DNA of 64,000 bases from Saccostrea cucullata (taxonomy: Eukaryota), in the NCBI RefSeq assembly GCF_032062105.1, contig NW_026929671.1:310001-374000 (forward strand), given 5' to 3'. Positions within the stretch are counted from its first letter, which is position 1. The number at the start of each line of letters is the position of its first letter. Shown in pieces: positions 1 to 14,289 of this stretch. The notes under the pieces were generated by a model that worked only from the letters and a program-made list of their open reading frames with translations, made no database searches and had not been told where the DNA came from. Both the position numbers and the translations under genes were made by a program.

Positions 1-321
1 AATTACAACTGTTAAAAAAAATACAAAATCTAAGAAAATAGTATCACTAAGTGATAGTATGAATACAGTTCCATTCGACATATTTTATTTTAGAAGGTAG
101 GTGACTGAGGTCAAGATCATAATGTTTTCCTTTTACCAGTCACCTGTAGCATATACTGTGTTAAAAAATAATCATTTTTGTGTTTGCATCAATTGATGCT
201 ACCCTAAAGGATATTGTAGATGAAAGTATGAAATATTAACATATACAAACAAAGATATTGGCTAATCCGAATTTCCTCTATTATTCTTCAAATTTTAGGG
301 AAATATCTTGCTTCGTATATT

Positions 322-323
<2 letters not shown>

Positions 324-363
<40 letters not shown>

Positions 364-1435
364 CGTTCGGTTTCTTTTTCCCTATTATTCTTTTTTTTTC
401 TTACCGATTTTTGTGCACGCGAGTTCTCGGAAACGGATTGGTTGATTTTCACGAAACTTTCAGATCTGATAGATATTGGTCTGAACCTTATTGGAAATTT
501 TTTATATGTACGTCGTCACTTCTGGTCGTGAGATATGGACGATTTTGTGATTTTCAGAGGGTCATCTTGTCCAGGCAATCACTAAAAAACGAATGAAGAT
601 ATTAAGTTGAGCTTTTCAGTGAAAGTAGAGGAAGGATAGTAGAATTGCTTTTTTGAGTCTATGTCTTTCCAGCGCAAAAGGATTTGAAGCTCGCCTGGGC
701 TCGAAAAATAGACTCACAAATATCTCGCTAATTTTGATACGTTTTCTTTGATATCTTTGTACCTATAAATGATTTGTTAAAGCATATATAATAAAAGTTG
801 TTCAGAATTACAACTTCTTTCATTTGATAAGAAGAAAAATACCCCTCAAATAAGGGGCATAGAGGGACCAGAACGTTTTGATTTATAACTCTTTAGCTAT
901 CAAGAATTTGTTATACATTTCTGAAGCAAAAATGTTTATTTTAACAATTTGAAACAATATTTTGTAAAAACATGATCATATGTTACATAATAAGGGGCCA
1001 TAGGGGGCCAAATGCTAATTCTCTGCTTCTTTATATCTCGAAAAGTAGAAATATATTGATAAGCAGTATTGAATAAAAGATGCTCAGAATCTTATTCTTA
1101 CCAATATACAACCATTCAATTTTGCAAAACGACCACATTAAGGACTTGAAGGGCCGGCCCCTATATATTTCTTTTTTACATAGCTTGAAAACAAAGAGAA
1201 ATGATTGAATACTTATTAAACAAAAAATCTTTCAAATCACGAGCCTTATCATTTGATATGAAGGCAAATGCTCTGAGCCCTTAAATAAGGGTCTAGATGG
1301 GCTACGACTTTCATCTATTACTATTAGATAATGTTATCTTTATCAAAAGAATATCATCAAAAGAGAGACAGCTTAAAATCATTATGTTTTAACAAAGATA
1401 ATAGTCAAAATCATATCAATCTCATCTTATCGAAA

Positions 1436-1474
<39 letters not shown>

Positions 1475-1484
1475 TCATCTAGTT
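324..1484 (+). mobile_element. Non-autonomous Helentron/DINE-1-like (HINE) element
   Basis: 5' hairpin AAGGTCTTCCGT-ttcca-ACGGAAGACCTT (327-355). 3' subterminal repeat ACGGAAGACCT (1442-1452) is followed by the stem-loop CTCGTTGC-tc-GCAACGAG and a CTAGTT end in a T-rich site. Confidence 0.7.
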
Positions 1485-2494
1485 TTTTCTTATTTTTACA
1501 TCTGGTAAAGTAATAATATAAAAGATAAAAATTGATAGGAGAATAAACATTCTTGACCGTTAACTTAGAAACAGAAAACGTCGTTTTTCCCTCTTACTGA
1601 AGACCATATAAGTTGAATTATAGCGACACGCAAATTTTGCGATTTGTCCTTAAAAATGAGTAATTTTTTTTAGTGAGAAGTAATTTTAGCGACATTAAAA
1701 AGCTCACTAAAGAGCAATTATAACTTAAACGCAATTAATTTTTAGCGATCTCCTCGCTAATAATGCCAAAAGTGAATCCTCGCTAAAAACTCTGCTTATA
1801 CGGTATTTGATCACAGTTATCTTAAGATTCTATGCTTTCAAAAACTAACAAGTTTGTAATTTACAAAACCTAGAAAAGAAAATTTCCTCTAGCATTTAAT
1901 TGCTCAAAATTCGAACTTAAATTCGTTATTCAGTAGTAATTTAGAAAAGAGCAGAAAAAGAGGTATTCTCGAACGTGCAATTCAGCTAAAAATATAGTAC
2001 TGCTCGTTTTTAAACTCAGTATACCATCATTTTTTCATATTGTTTATTAATAAAGAAAAAGTAAAATGTAATTTTTTAATTATACGATAAAAATGTTATT
2101 TTTTAATTCGTATAATTCCCCTGTATTTGAAAATATAAGGCCTGTAAGGTTGTTTTTAAATTAATCTTTACTTGCCCTCTTCCGACTCAGGATTATTTAT
2201 TTGGTAGGTAGGTACGTGGAAAATTTTTCCCAAAAAAATTTCAACATATTTATAGATTGAATAAGAGTAATAAAAAATATGCAGTGTCCTGGAAAGAAAA
2301 AAAGTTTGAGCCGACCGTTTTCAGTCAGGCGCTGGAAAGAGGGCAACAAAACAGTTGTTTGAAGATGGCCAATGCAAATATACTTTGAATAATTCATCTA
2401 GTCAGAAAACAGACGAGGTTCCGTCCTTAATAGAAATGATGACAGAAATACTTTTTTTATTTGTATCTGAAATAAAGTTAAAGAATAAAATTAC

Positions 2495-2867
2495 GTATAT
2501 GGAGATTGATTGTGAACAACATTCGAGCCCAAACATTCATTAAAAGTGCAAATCAGGAGCAGTGTAATCATATAGACCTCTAAAACATCAGAGATGGAAT
2601 CAGGTGTCTTGAAGGAGTGAGCGCCTCCTGCCGACCGGTAACACCCTGCGTGTGCTCCTTGTTCATGATCGGTAAATAACGATGAAACCGTCGAAAACCC
2701 AGTGTGTAAATAACGGCTTAACAACTTGTATGAAAATATCACTCAGCATTTACATGAATGACCGATTGTATTTGCTGACAAGATTATTGCATCGATCATA
2801 GAACTAGGAAAAGATAACTTAAAACGAGACTGATGATATTCTTGTTTTATCAACTTGTTTGTCAGTC
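2495..2867 (-). mobile_element. Penelope-like retroelement 3' fragment
   Basis: Reverse complement matches the RT C-terminus and 3' tail of the copy at 18048-18540. Confidence 0.65.
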
Positions 2868-5800
2868 TGGGATGGGGTAATCGTATTCAGTAATTTTAAT
2901 CAGCTGTAATCGACTACAATTTGCAGTATTATCATGAGTATTCAGTAATAATCTATTTTTCTGATTACAAGTAATCGTAATTTAATCGATAACTCTAAAA
3001 GAAAGTCCTGTAATCATGATTGCTTTTTGAATACTTTATGATTACAACGATTAAAAAGAAGTTCATACAATAATGGTCTTAATTGATATTATTCTGTGAA
3101 TATTTTTCAGTGTGTGCATATTTGTTTATCAGCAAAAATTATTTAAAAAGAATTATAGGCTAGATATTGCTATATCTTCTACTGCCATGAAAAATGCTTC
3201 TTATTAGTTTCATTGACTAGGCAATTAATAGAAAAATTCTTAGATCCTAGCTATATTCAGTTGTCATTTCAAAATACTTTTGTCATTAGTGGCTACATAA
3301 TAATGCATACTGAGGAAAATTACTACAGGATGATTTTATTGCTTGACTTTTTTGTTTGTATGCAATGCAACCAACCAACCCCCTCCCCCTCCTTGTTAAC
3401 ACGGTAAATCTTTAAATAGACATGCAACTATTTTTAATCCAGTGAATCTTTATGATGTGTATTCTAAACATCACAATTTTGTTTGATTTACTAAAACTAA
3501 GTGAATCAATTAAGGAATGAAGCTTATTTCAACTTTTGCTATACGATATAACATAACTTGGGCAGTTTACGCTTTATAAACCGCGTGAATGTAGACGATG
3601 AGACAATTTTTCCACTTTTTCCTTCAGAGAAAAAGGCTTCAAATATCGCATATATTCAAAGTTAACGTCAAGCGGAGTAATACGTTTTTGACGTAACTCA
3701 TTGTGACGTAGGCAAGTTATGTTATACAAAATGGATAAGACCGTTTAACCAATCAACTGACGGGTTACAACTAAAATTAAATTATTTAGCAACAAAACAC
3801 AGGTGTACTAAAGAAGGGTCAGCTTGGGTAAAAACATTACTTTGCTTCTAGTAAAAACACCGAACAACTGGCAGTTCAATTGAAAGATTCATCACTCATA
3901 TCAAAATGGTCAATTACAAATACAACAGTTCTCTATTAAATCCCTTTAGTTATAATAATGATTGACAAATTAGATATAGTTTTGTTGTTCTTTACCATTA
4001 CACAGATATTTACTTGTAGTTAAGATAGAAATCAGATGAACCATCTCCAGCATTTATGTACATGTGTACATGTAAGGACATATAAACAAACTTTGTCTGA
4101 ACTCTCCCTTTAAAATGTGAATGATTATTAAAAAAATTTCACCAGCTGTATTTGGTTGTAAAAATCTTAGTTAAATTTAACAGGCCGTTAACTTTGCGTT
4201 AACGCGACGTTAAATTTAAAGACGAGTTAAATGAGTTACACAAAAGTTAACTGACAGTTAAACGTTAGTTAAAATTTTTTAACTGACAGATTTAATTGAG
4301 GTATACAAGATACATTAAATACTTAACTAATCATTAAAGGTCAAACTGGGGTATTTGTTATTATTTGGGAAGAGAGAAATTACAGAGAGAGAATGGAAAC
4401 ATTTGAGTGACATTCGGATCCGATCCCGGTTTAGATTTCGACGAGATTCGCTTGCCTATATATCCACCCCTGCTAATGTGTTCGGAACCTTTTATTTTTC
4501 GGTGTTCTACAAATTATAAAACCCAATGAGTTCAGAGTAGCTCTGACAGTGGCTCTGGCGAGACTTCAGCGAGATAGGGTAAATTATTCACGGAAATGTG
4601 GCTAGGAAGTGACTAGCACGTGGAAAAATGGTAAACAGAAAAGTTCTGTTGCGTTTTAGTTTTCACCGCCCATTCTGTAGAAATGTAAGTACTTCAACTG
4701 ATCTCTTTTGAAATCATTCAAATTTAAATCATAAGTATTATCTATGATACACCTTTGTGCTATCATGAATTAAAATTTCTTTTTTGACAAATGTTTTTGC
4801 ATGGGAACCGGGACTATATTTTGGGCGTCGAATTAGCAAATAGGGCACCAATGTGACTTTAACTGTCCAATCAGCTGAATGAGAATTGCATCATGGGTTA
4901 CTACGAATACTACAGGAATTTTACGCTACTATCGGTGAATACAATTGAACTTGACACTAACTACATATACATTTTATTAAACATATTTTTTTCTAGTTAA
5001 CAACAAATTAGAAAATGCCCGTGACATCTTTAATAGTTTCTAATCTTTTGCATTTTGTTTATAAGAACATTTTTTTTATTTTGCACTCCATTGACATGAT
5101 CATAGATTGATCTGAACTACGTGTTCGAAGTGAAATGTAAACATGCATTTGGCGTAAACGTATTCCATCAACAAACGGTCAGTTGCTCGTGGTTAGGTCC
5201 TCTGTGCGCATTTATAAAAATAGCCATACAAGGCAAACAAAGGTTTGTCAGTGAAGATGATATTACCCATTTTTTTTACCAGCGTATCGGTCGCTAGTTA
5301 GCTCTAATTTTTGCCTTAAACTATAAGATATATTTTTATTTAAACCCCCCGCCCCTTTAGCCACCCTTTTCTGCTGAAAATCAGGAAAATCTTTCAGAAA
5401 GGTCTGGAAACACATTTTTTGCAGGACATGTTTTCAAAAGAATTAAACGGACTATAACAATTATTTATAAAACCGGTTCTATCCTATCACCTTTAAATAG
5501 GTAAATCTAAACCACGTGTCTTGAATTTAAATCACAATAACTATAGTAGGGGTGATAGCGAACATGTTGTGGAATGATCTGCAAAGAGCGTTTATGCGAA
5601 GTCAGTCCATATCGATGGAAATGCAGGTACTTTTTTTTCTTTTCTGGGAACACAAATTATCATTGCCACTATTATATTTAAACTGAATTTCAACATAGGG
5701 GAGGGGGCACTTTTTTTACAATGATAGACATAGTGTAGGCATTGAAAATTTGGGCGTAGATTTAACTCTCCCCCGTTCAACATGCATGTTGAAGTTTTGG

Positions 5801-6553
5801 TCCAGAAAGGGTAAGTGGTGGTGGGTTTTTTTAATTGTTTCTGAAAGAACTTAGATCCCCCCTCCCCCACACACAAATATTTTTTCTTTGCTTGTCAAGT
5901 TTTTTTGTAGGTTTGATTTTTTTTCTTTTGCACATAGTCCCACTTCCGAACTTTTAATTTGCTTCCGACGCCAATGATCAATCATGTTACTACAGTATAG
6001 CCAATGCTTGAAATTGTTTGATCAACGCCATTATTAATTTTTAGATATATACTCATTTTATAAAACTTTTCTTTTTTCTTTTCAAACAAAGGAAAATCTA
6101 CTCCTTTACTGAATATGACATAGGATCTACATAATATTTTTTTAAGTATTATCTTTAATAACACATTACATAAATGTAAAAAAAAAAAATATTTTTGAAC
6201 AATGTAAAGATGAATATTTGAGCTAAAAAAAAATAAAGAAATTAACGCAAAGATGCTTGAGTTTCTGATTGACGTAATCTATTAGGTTTTTTCTTCATAT
6301 GAGTGAAATATTATGGGAAGATAAAATCAAACAATTAGATAAACAAAAGGATACCCTCTCCATTAACGAATACAAGAGGTTCATCTTCTACATGTAGATT
6401 TCAGGAATTTGATTTTTTCATCCATACTAAGAAAAAGGAAAAACCAACAAAAACGCTTGTTGATAACGTTATTTGAGGTTTATCATGAAGTCGCAATTGC
6501 ACTGCACGAGCGCTGATCCTCCGGTGAATACAGCTTCAAATCTTGTATATATT

Positions 6554-7246
6554 TGTAGGACTCCAAAGTGCGATGGGACTCCAAAGTCTGATGGTCACGC
6601 CAAAGTCCGATGGTCTTGGCCAGACCCCGATGGTTTGACACGTCAAAGACTGATGTGGCTGAAAACAATTAACGTTTATGATGTCATAATACTACTGCAA
6701 AAAAATGCGATGCCGCGCCATGCCAAGGCCCGATTGTTTAAAATAAATACAAATAAATAATTAATGCAAAGACTAACCCTAATCTTTTGAAATTAGGTGC
6801 GAGACTAACACTTATCAGTCGAAAAATGCGTAAAATCCACAAGCTAGATATCTTGGATAGATGCAGGACTAACCCAAATCAGTTCAATAGTGTGCGAGGA
6901 CTTACTATAAAATCTGTCGGGTGAATTCGAAGAAACACATTGGTGTTCAAAAACTAACCCTTATCAGTCGAAAATCAATGGATTCTGAATGCAGGACAAT
7001 GTCATGACGTCGGACTATTGTTACGTTATAAACGTTGATTGTTCCTTTGCACCATCGGACTTTGGCGTATCAAACCATCGCACTTTAGCGCAACATGTCT
7101 CATAGGAAACGAGCCATCGGACTTTGGCATGACCATCGGACTTTGGCGTTCGTAAAGACACCGAACCATCGGGGTTTGGCGCAGACCATCGGGGTTTGTC
7201 GAGACCATCGGAATTTGGCGTCACCATCGCACTTTTGAGTCTTACA
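6554..7246. mobile_element. MITE/foldback element with TIRs and subterminal repeats
   Basis: TIRs TGTAGGACTCCAAAGTGCGATGG and CCATCGCACTTTTGAGTCTTACA. Arrays of CCAAAGTCCGATGG on the left are mirrored by CCATCGGACTTTGG on the right. Internal ACTAACCC(T/A) repeats. Confidence 0.75.
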
Positions 7247-7544
7247 TATGTAGTGTATGAACTGTTTGCATTTTCATAGATTATACAGGGACCATCTATA
7301 GATTATATAAAAACATAATTAAAAAATGTGTATATATTTCATATAAGTATAAATCTGTTATCTATTATGTTCATTCTTACCATTTTGTGATATCATAGAC
7401 AACAGTAATTACATGCTTCACAGTTAGAAATATTGTACAATTATTGATTCTTTTGATGATGAATATGGTTTGTTATTCATCATCGAAAAAAAAACATCAT
7501 TGCTTATTATTTATTCAATTAAGTGTATAAATAATGGAGACTCA

Positions 7545-7690
7545 ACGACAGACTGTATTGCTGACAAGCTCATAGTATCGACCATAGGACTTACGAAATA
7601 ATGACTTTAAACGAGACTGCTGATATTCCTGTTTCATCAACTTGTTTGTCAATAATTTACCTCGTTTGAGAAATTGTTCATTCAAAGAGT
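7545..7690 (-). mobile_element. Penelope-like RT C-terminal fragment
   Basis: Encodes EQFLKRGKLLTNKLMKQEYQQSRLKSLFRKSYGRY, near-identical to the ORF at 17993-18280. Confidence 0.65.
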
Positions 7691-8494
7691 TCTTACGTTT
7701 CAAATCAACTGAGATATATAAACTCCGTAGGCAGGTGATGAAGATATTTTGCTGCATAAGTAAGGGAAGTTGACGATAGAAAAAATATGCATCATTTCAT
7801 AAGTAAATTTTGTATCAAAATAGCTAGATAAGTGACAATCATAAGTTGAAGTCAGTTCAACTGTTTGAGGATGTGATATTTGTATCTAAATAATATTTCA
7901 AGGAGCAATTTTTTATGCTTACTACTGACAACTGTTAAGTACCGCGCTACTGAAAGAAAAGATATTCTTTGTAAGTTTAAGGTAATGTTTTGTTGTTTCC
8001 GTACATTTGTTTTTACGAAAATCTAACCAGAAAGAATGGGACCATCCCTGAATGTTATATAACTATATGATCTTTTGAAAATTGCTTTCAGACTTATAAT
8101 GTATTGTAACATAGTCTAGATATGTCCTAAATAAAGTATATATGAACTCGGCAATGACGTACTTTGTAGACTATTTTAGGTACTATGTAAAGCTTCATGG
8201 CAACCCCTTATGATAAAATGCCGCTTAGTGTAGTTAATAAACGCCTGGTATTCTCAATCGCCTAACAATATAACTTTTTCATTAAGCGGTGATATAGCAT
8301 TAACGGATTAAAATATCAAGTATAAATGCCCTTAAGACTATAATGATAGAATTTCACATCCAACACTCAATGGTTTTCGTATAAAATATGTCTTTAAATC
8401 AAAATCATTCAAATAATGTATATCAATTCATGCATCAAATATATGCTTGTGTAGGGAAATCTTAAATTCGTCTCGTTCCAGAGAGAGTGAAAGG

Positions 8495-8610
8495 AAGGAT
8501 GTGGAGATACTCAATATCAAAGTCCATAAAACAATACAAAAAGGAGCAGAGCAAAGACGGACCTCAAAATCATCAGAGATGGGATCAGGTGCCATGGGGA
8601 AGAGTGAGCA
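8495..8610 (-). mobile_element. Penelope-like 3' tail fragment
   Basis: GGAGCAGAGCAAAGACGGACCTC...GGGATCAGGTGCCATGG is the reverse complement of the family tail. Confidence 0.6.
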
Positions 8611-8686
8611 CAAAAATTAAATTATTGACTTCTATAAAAATCTTTATTATTTCTTTAAACGCTTTAATATTTTTTTCTTATTTCAG

Positions 8687-9846
8687 ATGACAATTACAAC
8701 TGTATTGAGTATAAAGAAAATCCAGATATAAAATCATAAAAAAACCCAACCAGAAGAAACTCCGCTGACCTTTCGGAGGATGTTTTCTATTTTAATTTGT
8801 CTATTGATAGGAATCCCTTGTGTATGTATCAATGCATGCGTATTCATTATCTTAATTACAAATAAAGCTCTAAGACAAAACACTTATCATTTCCTGGTCC
8901 TACTGCTATCGATTTGTGACTTCCTTGTTGGACTTGGTTACCTTTCATACGCCATACAAACAAATGTTACACAGAGGGACGGATTCAGCATGGCAATGTG
9001 TGTCATCAAAGCCTTTTTCTCCGTAAATGGTACATTATTGTCTCTGGTTCAGACATTTCTAATTGGTTTACAAAGATACTTAGTTATTTGTCCTACTTTT
9101 TGGAGTAATCGTTTGTTTCAAAATGGTAGAAAATATATTGTCTACATATCTAGTTGACTGGTAGTATTAATCTTCACCCTTGGTTTGATATCCCCTCCAG
9201 ATGGTCCGATGCAAACCTGTCAGGTTCAATACATCTACCAAAAACATTATCAAATTTTCATCAACTTTAACAAGCTTTTGGTGGCGTCACTAGTTGTGAC
9301 AGTTGGACTGTATTGTGTTACTTTACGCTTTGTTATTAAGCAGAACAGGGTGATGGTCCCGAAATCTTTACACAAAAATGTTGAAAAGTCCATCTCAAAA
9401 AGAGAAATTAAGATTAATACGGATGAGAGTAGTCAAACTGAAAATCAGACGAATATAAAATAACCAGAAATAAAATTTAATGAATTGTCATCTGTAAACA
9501 AACAGCAGCAGCCCCACGGATCAAAGAGCACAGGTCATTCACAAATTACAGCTTCTACTACCGGCTATCAACAACCTTTTACTTCCGGATATCTACACAT
9601 GGCGTTTATAAAGAGGAGGAGACTTTTGAATACTGTTAAATTGCTTGGAATTCTCCTAATCTGTTTAGTTTTTTAAACATCCCCTTTAATTGTGGCCTCA
9701 ATTTTTTTTATGAAGTCCCCGATCTTTACCTTTTTATTGCAGGTTGTTGTTGTGGAATTAATTCTATTATAAATCCTGTGTTATATTGTTTGAAAATTGA
9801 AAATGTGCGTTCTGCTGTCAAAAGCTCTGTTTGTAGATGCGGTTGA
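8687..9846 (+). pseudogene. Class A (rhodopsin-like) GPCR pseudogene, single coding exon
   Basis: ORFs 8780, 9185 and 9485 share one frame with the ATG at 8687, which follows a tttcag acceptor. Motifs: TM2 LSICDFLVG, TM3 QRY (DRY-like), TM7 NSIINPVLY. In-frame stops at 8729, 9155 (TM4 Trp position), 9461 and 9674, plus a frameshift near the T-run at about 9705. Confidence 0.85.
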
Positions 9847-10204
9847 ATGTAAAGAATATACTTTTTCATTTTTTATGAATACTCTGTGCGTTGTTTAAAG
9901 ATATTTTTTAATTTGTTTTTTTTTCAAAATAAAGTCTCAACATGTGTCTCTATTTTCATTTTTATTTTAGTTTGGAAAACAACTTTGCCTGAAATAAATT
10001 ATGTGTACATCTTAAACAGATGTAAGAAGTTAAAAACATATTTATGAAAATATTTTTATGTTAAATAGATTTGTAGACAAAACTGTGAATATATCAATAT
10101 TTGGATAACTCGTCTGCATTTGAAAGCAAGGAGTGCAAAATACAATTATTAGGTTCCGAAACAATAGACCATCCCGGTTCTGGCATCTTGAGATATTGGA
10201 TACT

Positions 10205-10496
10205 TGTTTGTAAGTTTGTTTGTTTGTTTGGATATTGTTTCATGTCCCTCTCGATAATTTTTCATTAATTTAGAGACGCCACTACTTGCCGGTGAAGAGC
10301 TGCGTTTTTCCCCTGTATTCGATACTCATGGCCATGAACAGGGAGGGATATTTTTCATGCCAGCCCCTAGTGCGACAGCGGATGTTAGTTTATACGGTCT
10401 CTACATCCCACATTGGGATTCGAACCCGCTACTTAGAGATTGACGCAATATTCTGCGACTCTAGAGCAGACGGTATAACCACTGCGCCACATAGGT
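10205..10496 (-). mobile_element. tRNA-derived SINE, degenerate, same family as 23704-23998
   Basis: Minus strand has an A box (TGTGGCGCAGTGG), a B box (GGGTTCGAATCCC), a GAGACCGTATAAAC core and a (CAAA)n tail. Confidence 0.7.
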
Positions 10497-11649
10497 GACT
10501 GGTTACTTGTTGTTTCATGCGTACAATAAGTAAAAACATTCAAAGCAATTATATCTCTACATTTAAAAAAAGAATATGAATTCTGATTTTTTAAAAATTG
10601 ATTCTTTCCAGAAATGAAGAACGGGCCATACAAAACATTATATTTTGTGTCAATATTTGCGCCATCTTGTCTCTACGTTTCGTTAACGATACGATTTATT
10701 TTGTAGCGCAGACATTAAATTCGTTGACTGGGAGAGTAGCTCCCAGGAATTAAGATATGGACCTATGGCTTTGTTGTATCAAAATCTCAGTTATTGTGAT
10801 ATTAACGTTATTAATCGTCCATTTGACATGTCAGATGATAACTGAAATAATATGAATTTGATGCCTACATCTAGGTATGTATGAATTACATTAGATTGTT
10901 TATTTATCAATTTTCCTTCAGTTATATTTGATCCTTGCATGCACAATTTTTGGCAATAGACGACGCAGTAATGGGTTGTTTAAATATAAAGTATATTTTG
11001 ATTAGGTATAAAATACTCGATTCTGTGTCTAAAACGGAAACTAGCAATGTCTCGTTATTTGCTTGATTTTCGAAATTTTCATAGATATTTACAGAATTTT
11101 TAAATGTTACATTTGGTACCAAAGAGAGTAACTTTTAATTTTGTAAAACTTGTGCATATAGCATTCGGAACAGGTAAATGCATTTTTGAAGAAAACTTTA
11201 AACCAAAAATATTTTACAGGTAATATGGATGTGTTTTAACAAATTTATGAAAAAGCTTTTTGTGTTTAGACGTTTTTGAATTTACAAAAGAAACCACAAA
11301 AATGTATTTTTCACCAATTTTAAAGAAAAAACTAAATATTTTATTTTATTAATTTATATTAATGTTTTATTTATTTGCTTAAAACTTCCGCTATTCCTAA
11401 AGCAGTAATTTATTACTACATGTACCTGCTTCTGAAAGTTATGACTTTCAGTTGATTCGATATGTAAGGACATGCTGAACATACAAACAATTTCTTAAAG
11501 GAGCTCACCTAATGACAAATAAGTTAATGCAAAGAGAATATCAAGTATATCGTATAAAGTCAATATTTTGCAAAAACTATGTAATGACATTGTCAGCAAA
11601 TACAGTCTACCGTTAAGTCGAATGATGATTGATTTTTATCATAAAACAT

Positions 11650-11972
11650 ATGGAAAAAACGAACAGTTTTCAAGCTCAAAAGTCCACAGAATAACACAAA
11701 TCAGGAGCAGAGCATTCAACAATATTTGCGACCCCCGTTAAAACATTTGAGGTAGCGCAAACATTAAATCTGGGAGGTGCCATGAATTACAGACATGGAG
11801 CATCCCCTGTGTTGCCAACCGGTCACACCCGCCGTGTGCTCCTTGTCATGATCGCAAAATAACGGTCATCAATTCAGTGTATAAATAAAGGACTAACAAT
11901 TAGTATGAAAAACGTCAGTCAGTATTTGACTCAATGATAATTGTATTTGCGGACAAAGTCATTGCATTGACC
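11650..11972 (-). mobile_element. Penelope-like 3' tail fragment
   Basis: ACCGGTCACACCCGCCGTGTGCTCC...CAGTCAGTATTTGAC is the reverse complement of the family tail; it stops abruptly at about 11972. Confidence 0.6.
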
Positions 11973-13098
11973 CGTAATGAGTTCTTTTGGATTTTGTGTT
12001 AGTTCGGAAGTTAACGAAACACTGTAGAATCAATTAAACAAAAATAAATTTATTTTACAGATCAAATGAATAAACAAGCAAAAAACACCACAAAACCTTA
12101 CATACACCACACTCGCAAACACTCACTCAGAGAAAGAAAAAATATAACGTTACAAAAAATTAACTGACACGACCACGAACAATGAACTTACATTGTGCGT
12201 CAGAAACAAATATCAAACAAAACTTATTTAATAAAAACAGTAACTTTTGTATTAATCAATAATCAATTTCAAGTTATTTTAAAAAAGTTCAAAATAGAAT
12301 TTTACTTTCAATACTTTTTACTGTAATATAAATTTAGAAATGTTTTTGAATAAACCAAATTAGGAGTTTTTCTGCACCTGTTCCTATTTCAACACTAATA
12401 TCAGCACCACTGGGCCTCCGTTGGGTCGACACCACGTTCACTGACCGTCTAGTTCGCCGAATTCACAGTTCTTCCTCTTAAAACGTCTAAACAGTCATCT
12501 ATCCCTCAGTTAGACGGGTGCTATGGTGTTCCCACCAGTCCGTGAGGACGTAGTACACGTATATGCTGTACCGCCGCCGCCCCTCCGTATGCTCAGGTCC
12601 TAGATACAAACTGATCACTCTACATCTGATGTCCTAAGCACCTTGCCCCTCGTATATTCTATGCCCTATGCACTAAAATAAAACGACTTTTCTAGAATAC
12701 TGGCAATCAAATAACAGAAAATATCCACCTACCTAACACAAAACAAGTATACAGACAAAAAGTAACAACCTCCTATAAATAGAAACGAAAACAAGCTTAC
12801 CGGCTGGAGAAAACAGAAATGGCCACACACAGAATTTCACCGTTCCCTAGCTACTGGTTCCAGACTTATTTCTAGAATTCACCATAAAAAAGAACGTCAA
12901 TGGTGACCAAAACTGTAGACGTGGCGTGGCACAACACCTCTTTCACTGCCACGCGTCGTTTCCTTCTGAGCAACCAGTTTTCTAAATTTAACTTAAATAC
13001 ATACCCTCAAAAGTACGGAAACGCATAACCACCAAAACTCACAAGGAAAACACAAAATCAAACATAATATTAATTAAACAAAAGTCAACTTCACCACA
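11973..13098 (-). mobile_element. Possible solo LTR inserted in a Penelope-like fragment
   Basis: A 1.1-kb non-coding block with a GC-richer core. On the minus strand it begins TGTGGTGAA and ends CATTACG (degenerate TG...CA). No clean TSD. Confidence 0.3.
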
Positions 13099-13454
13099 CT
13101 CCTATAGAAATTGTTAGGCTCTAATTTTTTTTTTTTTTTTTTTTTGAAAATCAGTATTTTTTATTAGTTTTATTTGATCGTAAATGTAGCCTTATTTCCT
13201 CATCATTTACTTAGAAGTCAATAAATAATAAGTGAAGATAACAAACAATAAGCATGTCAAACATTCAAACAAAATTCAAAACAAATATTAAGCACAAAGA
13301 ATACGTTCCTATTAAACAGGGTTTAATGAAGATATCATGGAATAATGAAAATCCTCTTGATTGAGTTTAGGGGGGAAATGGAAGACAATTCAGTGTGTAA
13401 ATAATAACCAACAATTTATAAGAAATACATTCTCTCTAAAGTCAGACTGTACAC

Positions 13455-13580
13455 TTTTGCTCACTCCTCCATCGCACCTGATCTCATTTCTGATGTTTTT
13501 GAGGTCCGTGTTTGCTCTGATCTTATCTTGTATTGCTTTATGGACTAAAGATCTTGAACACTGTTCGTTATCTCCGTATG
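13455..13580 (+). mobile_element. Penelope-like 3' tail fragment
   Basis: TGCTCACTCCTCCATCGCACCTGATCTC...GAGGTCCGTGTTTGCTCTG matches the family tail. Confidence 0.6.
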
Positions 13581-14289
13581 CTTCAATTGAGAAGTTCAGT
13601 ATTTGCAAAGTGTGGAATTTAAATATTATTGATTTCCTTGTATCATCAAATTGTTTGGCAGTTGACCATGTTATTTACAAAATAATTCGAAATGAGAAGT
13701 TAAAGGACATAGCAAGTCATTTCAACTTCTCATGTTGAAGTAGTTGAAAATGTTAGGCAGACATTTTTTTGACATTCTCAGCAAACAAAATGAATTTGAA
13801 TTACTATATGTATAATCATACATAATTCTAAAACTCCATAAAAAAAATCCTTACAAGCAAAGATACTTAATGGGTTCCATTTAAGGAGTTCTTTGCACCT
13901 CTTGCAATGAAATATTCACAGTATTAAAGGAGGAACTTCAGGAGTAACGTACGGCATTATAATGGAGAAGTGGTATAAATCAGATGTGACTATGGTTTTC
14001 CAAAATCAAAAAGTACACAACTTTTCAACATTATATTCAAATATTCAACCCAGAATATATAGGTACTTTTAGTCAATTTGAAATCACAATATGGTTTTCC
14101 AAAATCAATAACATCGTGGTACACAACTTTTCAACATTATATAGAGAATAATACATACCCTTTTTGTATGTAGTTTTTGGAGACTATGTCTTGAGGAATC
14201 TCAATTTTCTATTGGCATCATTTCCATCCCGTTATTAACAGACTTACATGTACACTTGTGTTCATATGAAGCAGAATCAATTTAAGATC

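Noticed and set aside
258-596. 112-aa ORF
   Set aside because: It lies mostly in a Helentron-type repeat, starts at TTG and has no recognisable domain.
6554-7246. CRISPR-like repeat array and the PKSDG-repeat ORFs
   Set aside because: The repeats are inverted subterminal MITE motifs without unique spacers or cas genes; the ORFs are by-products.
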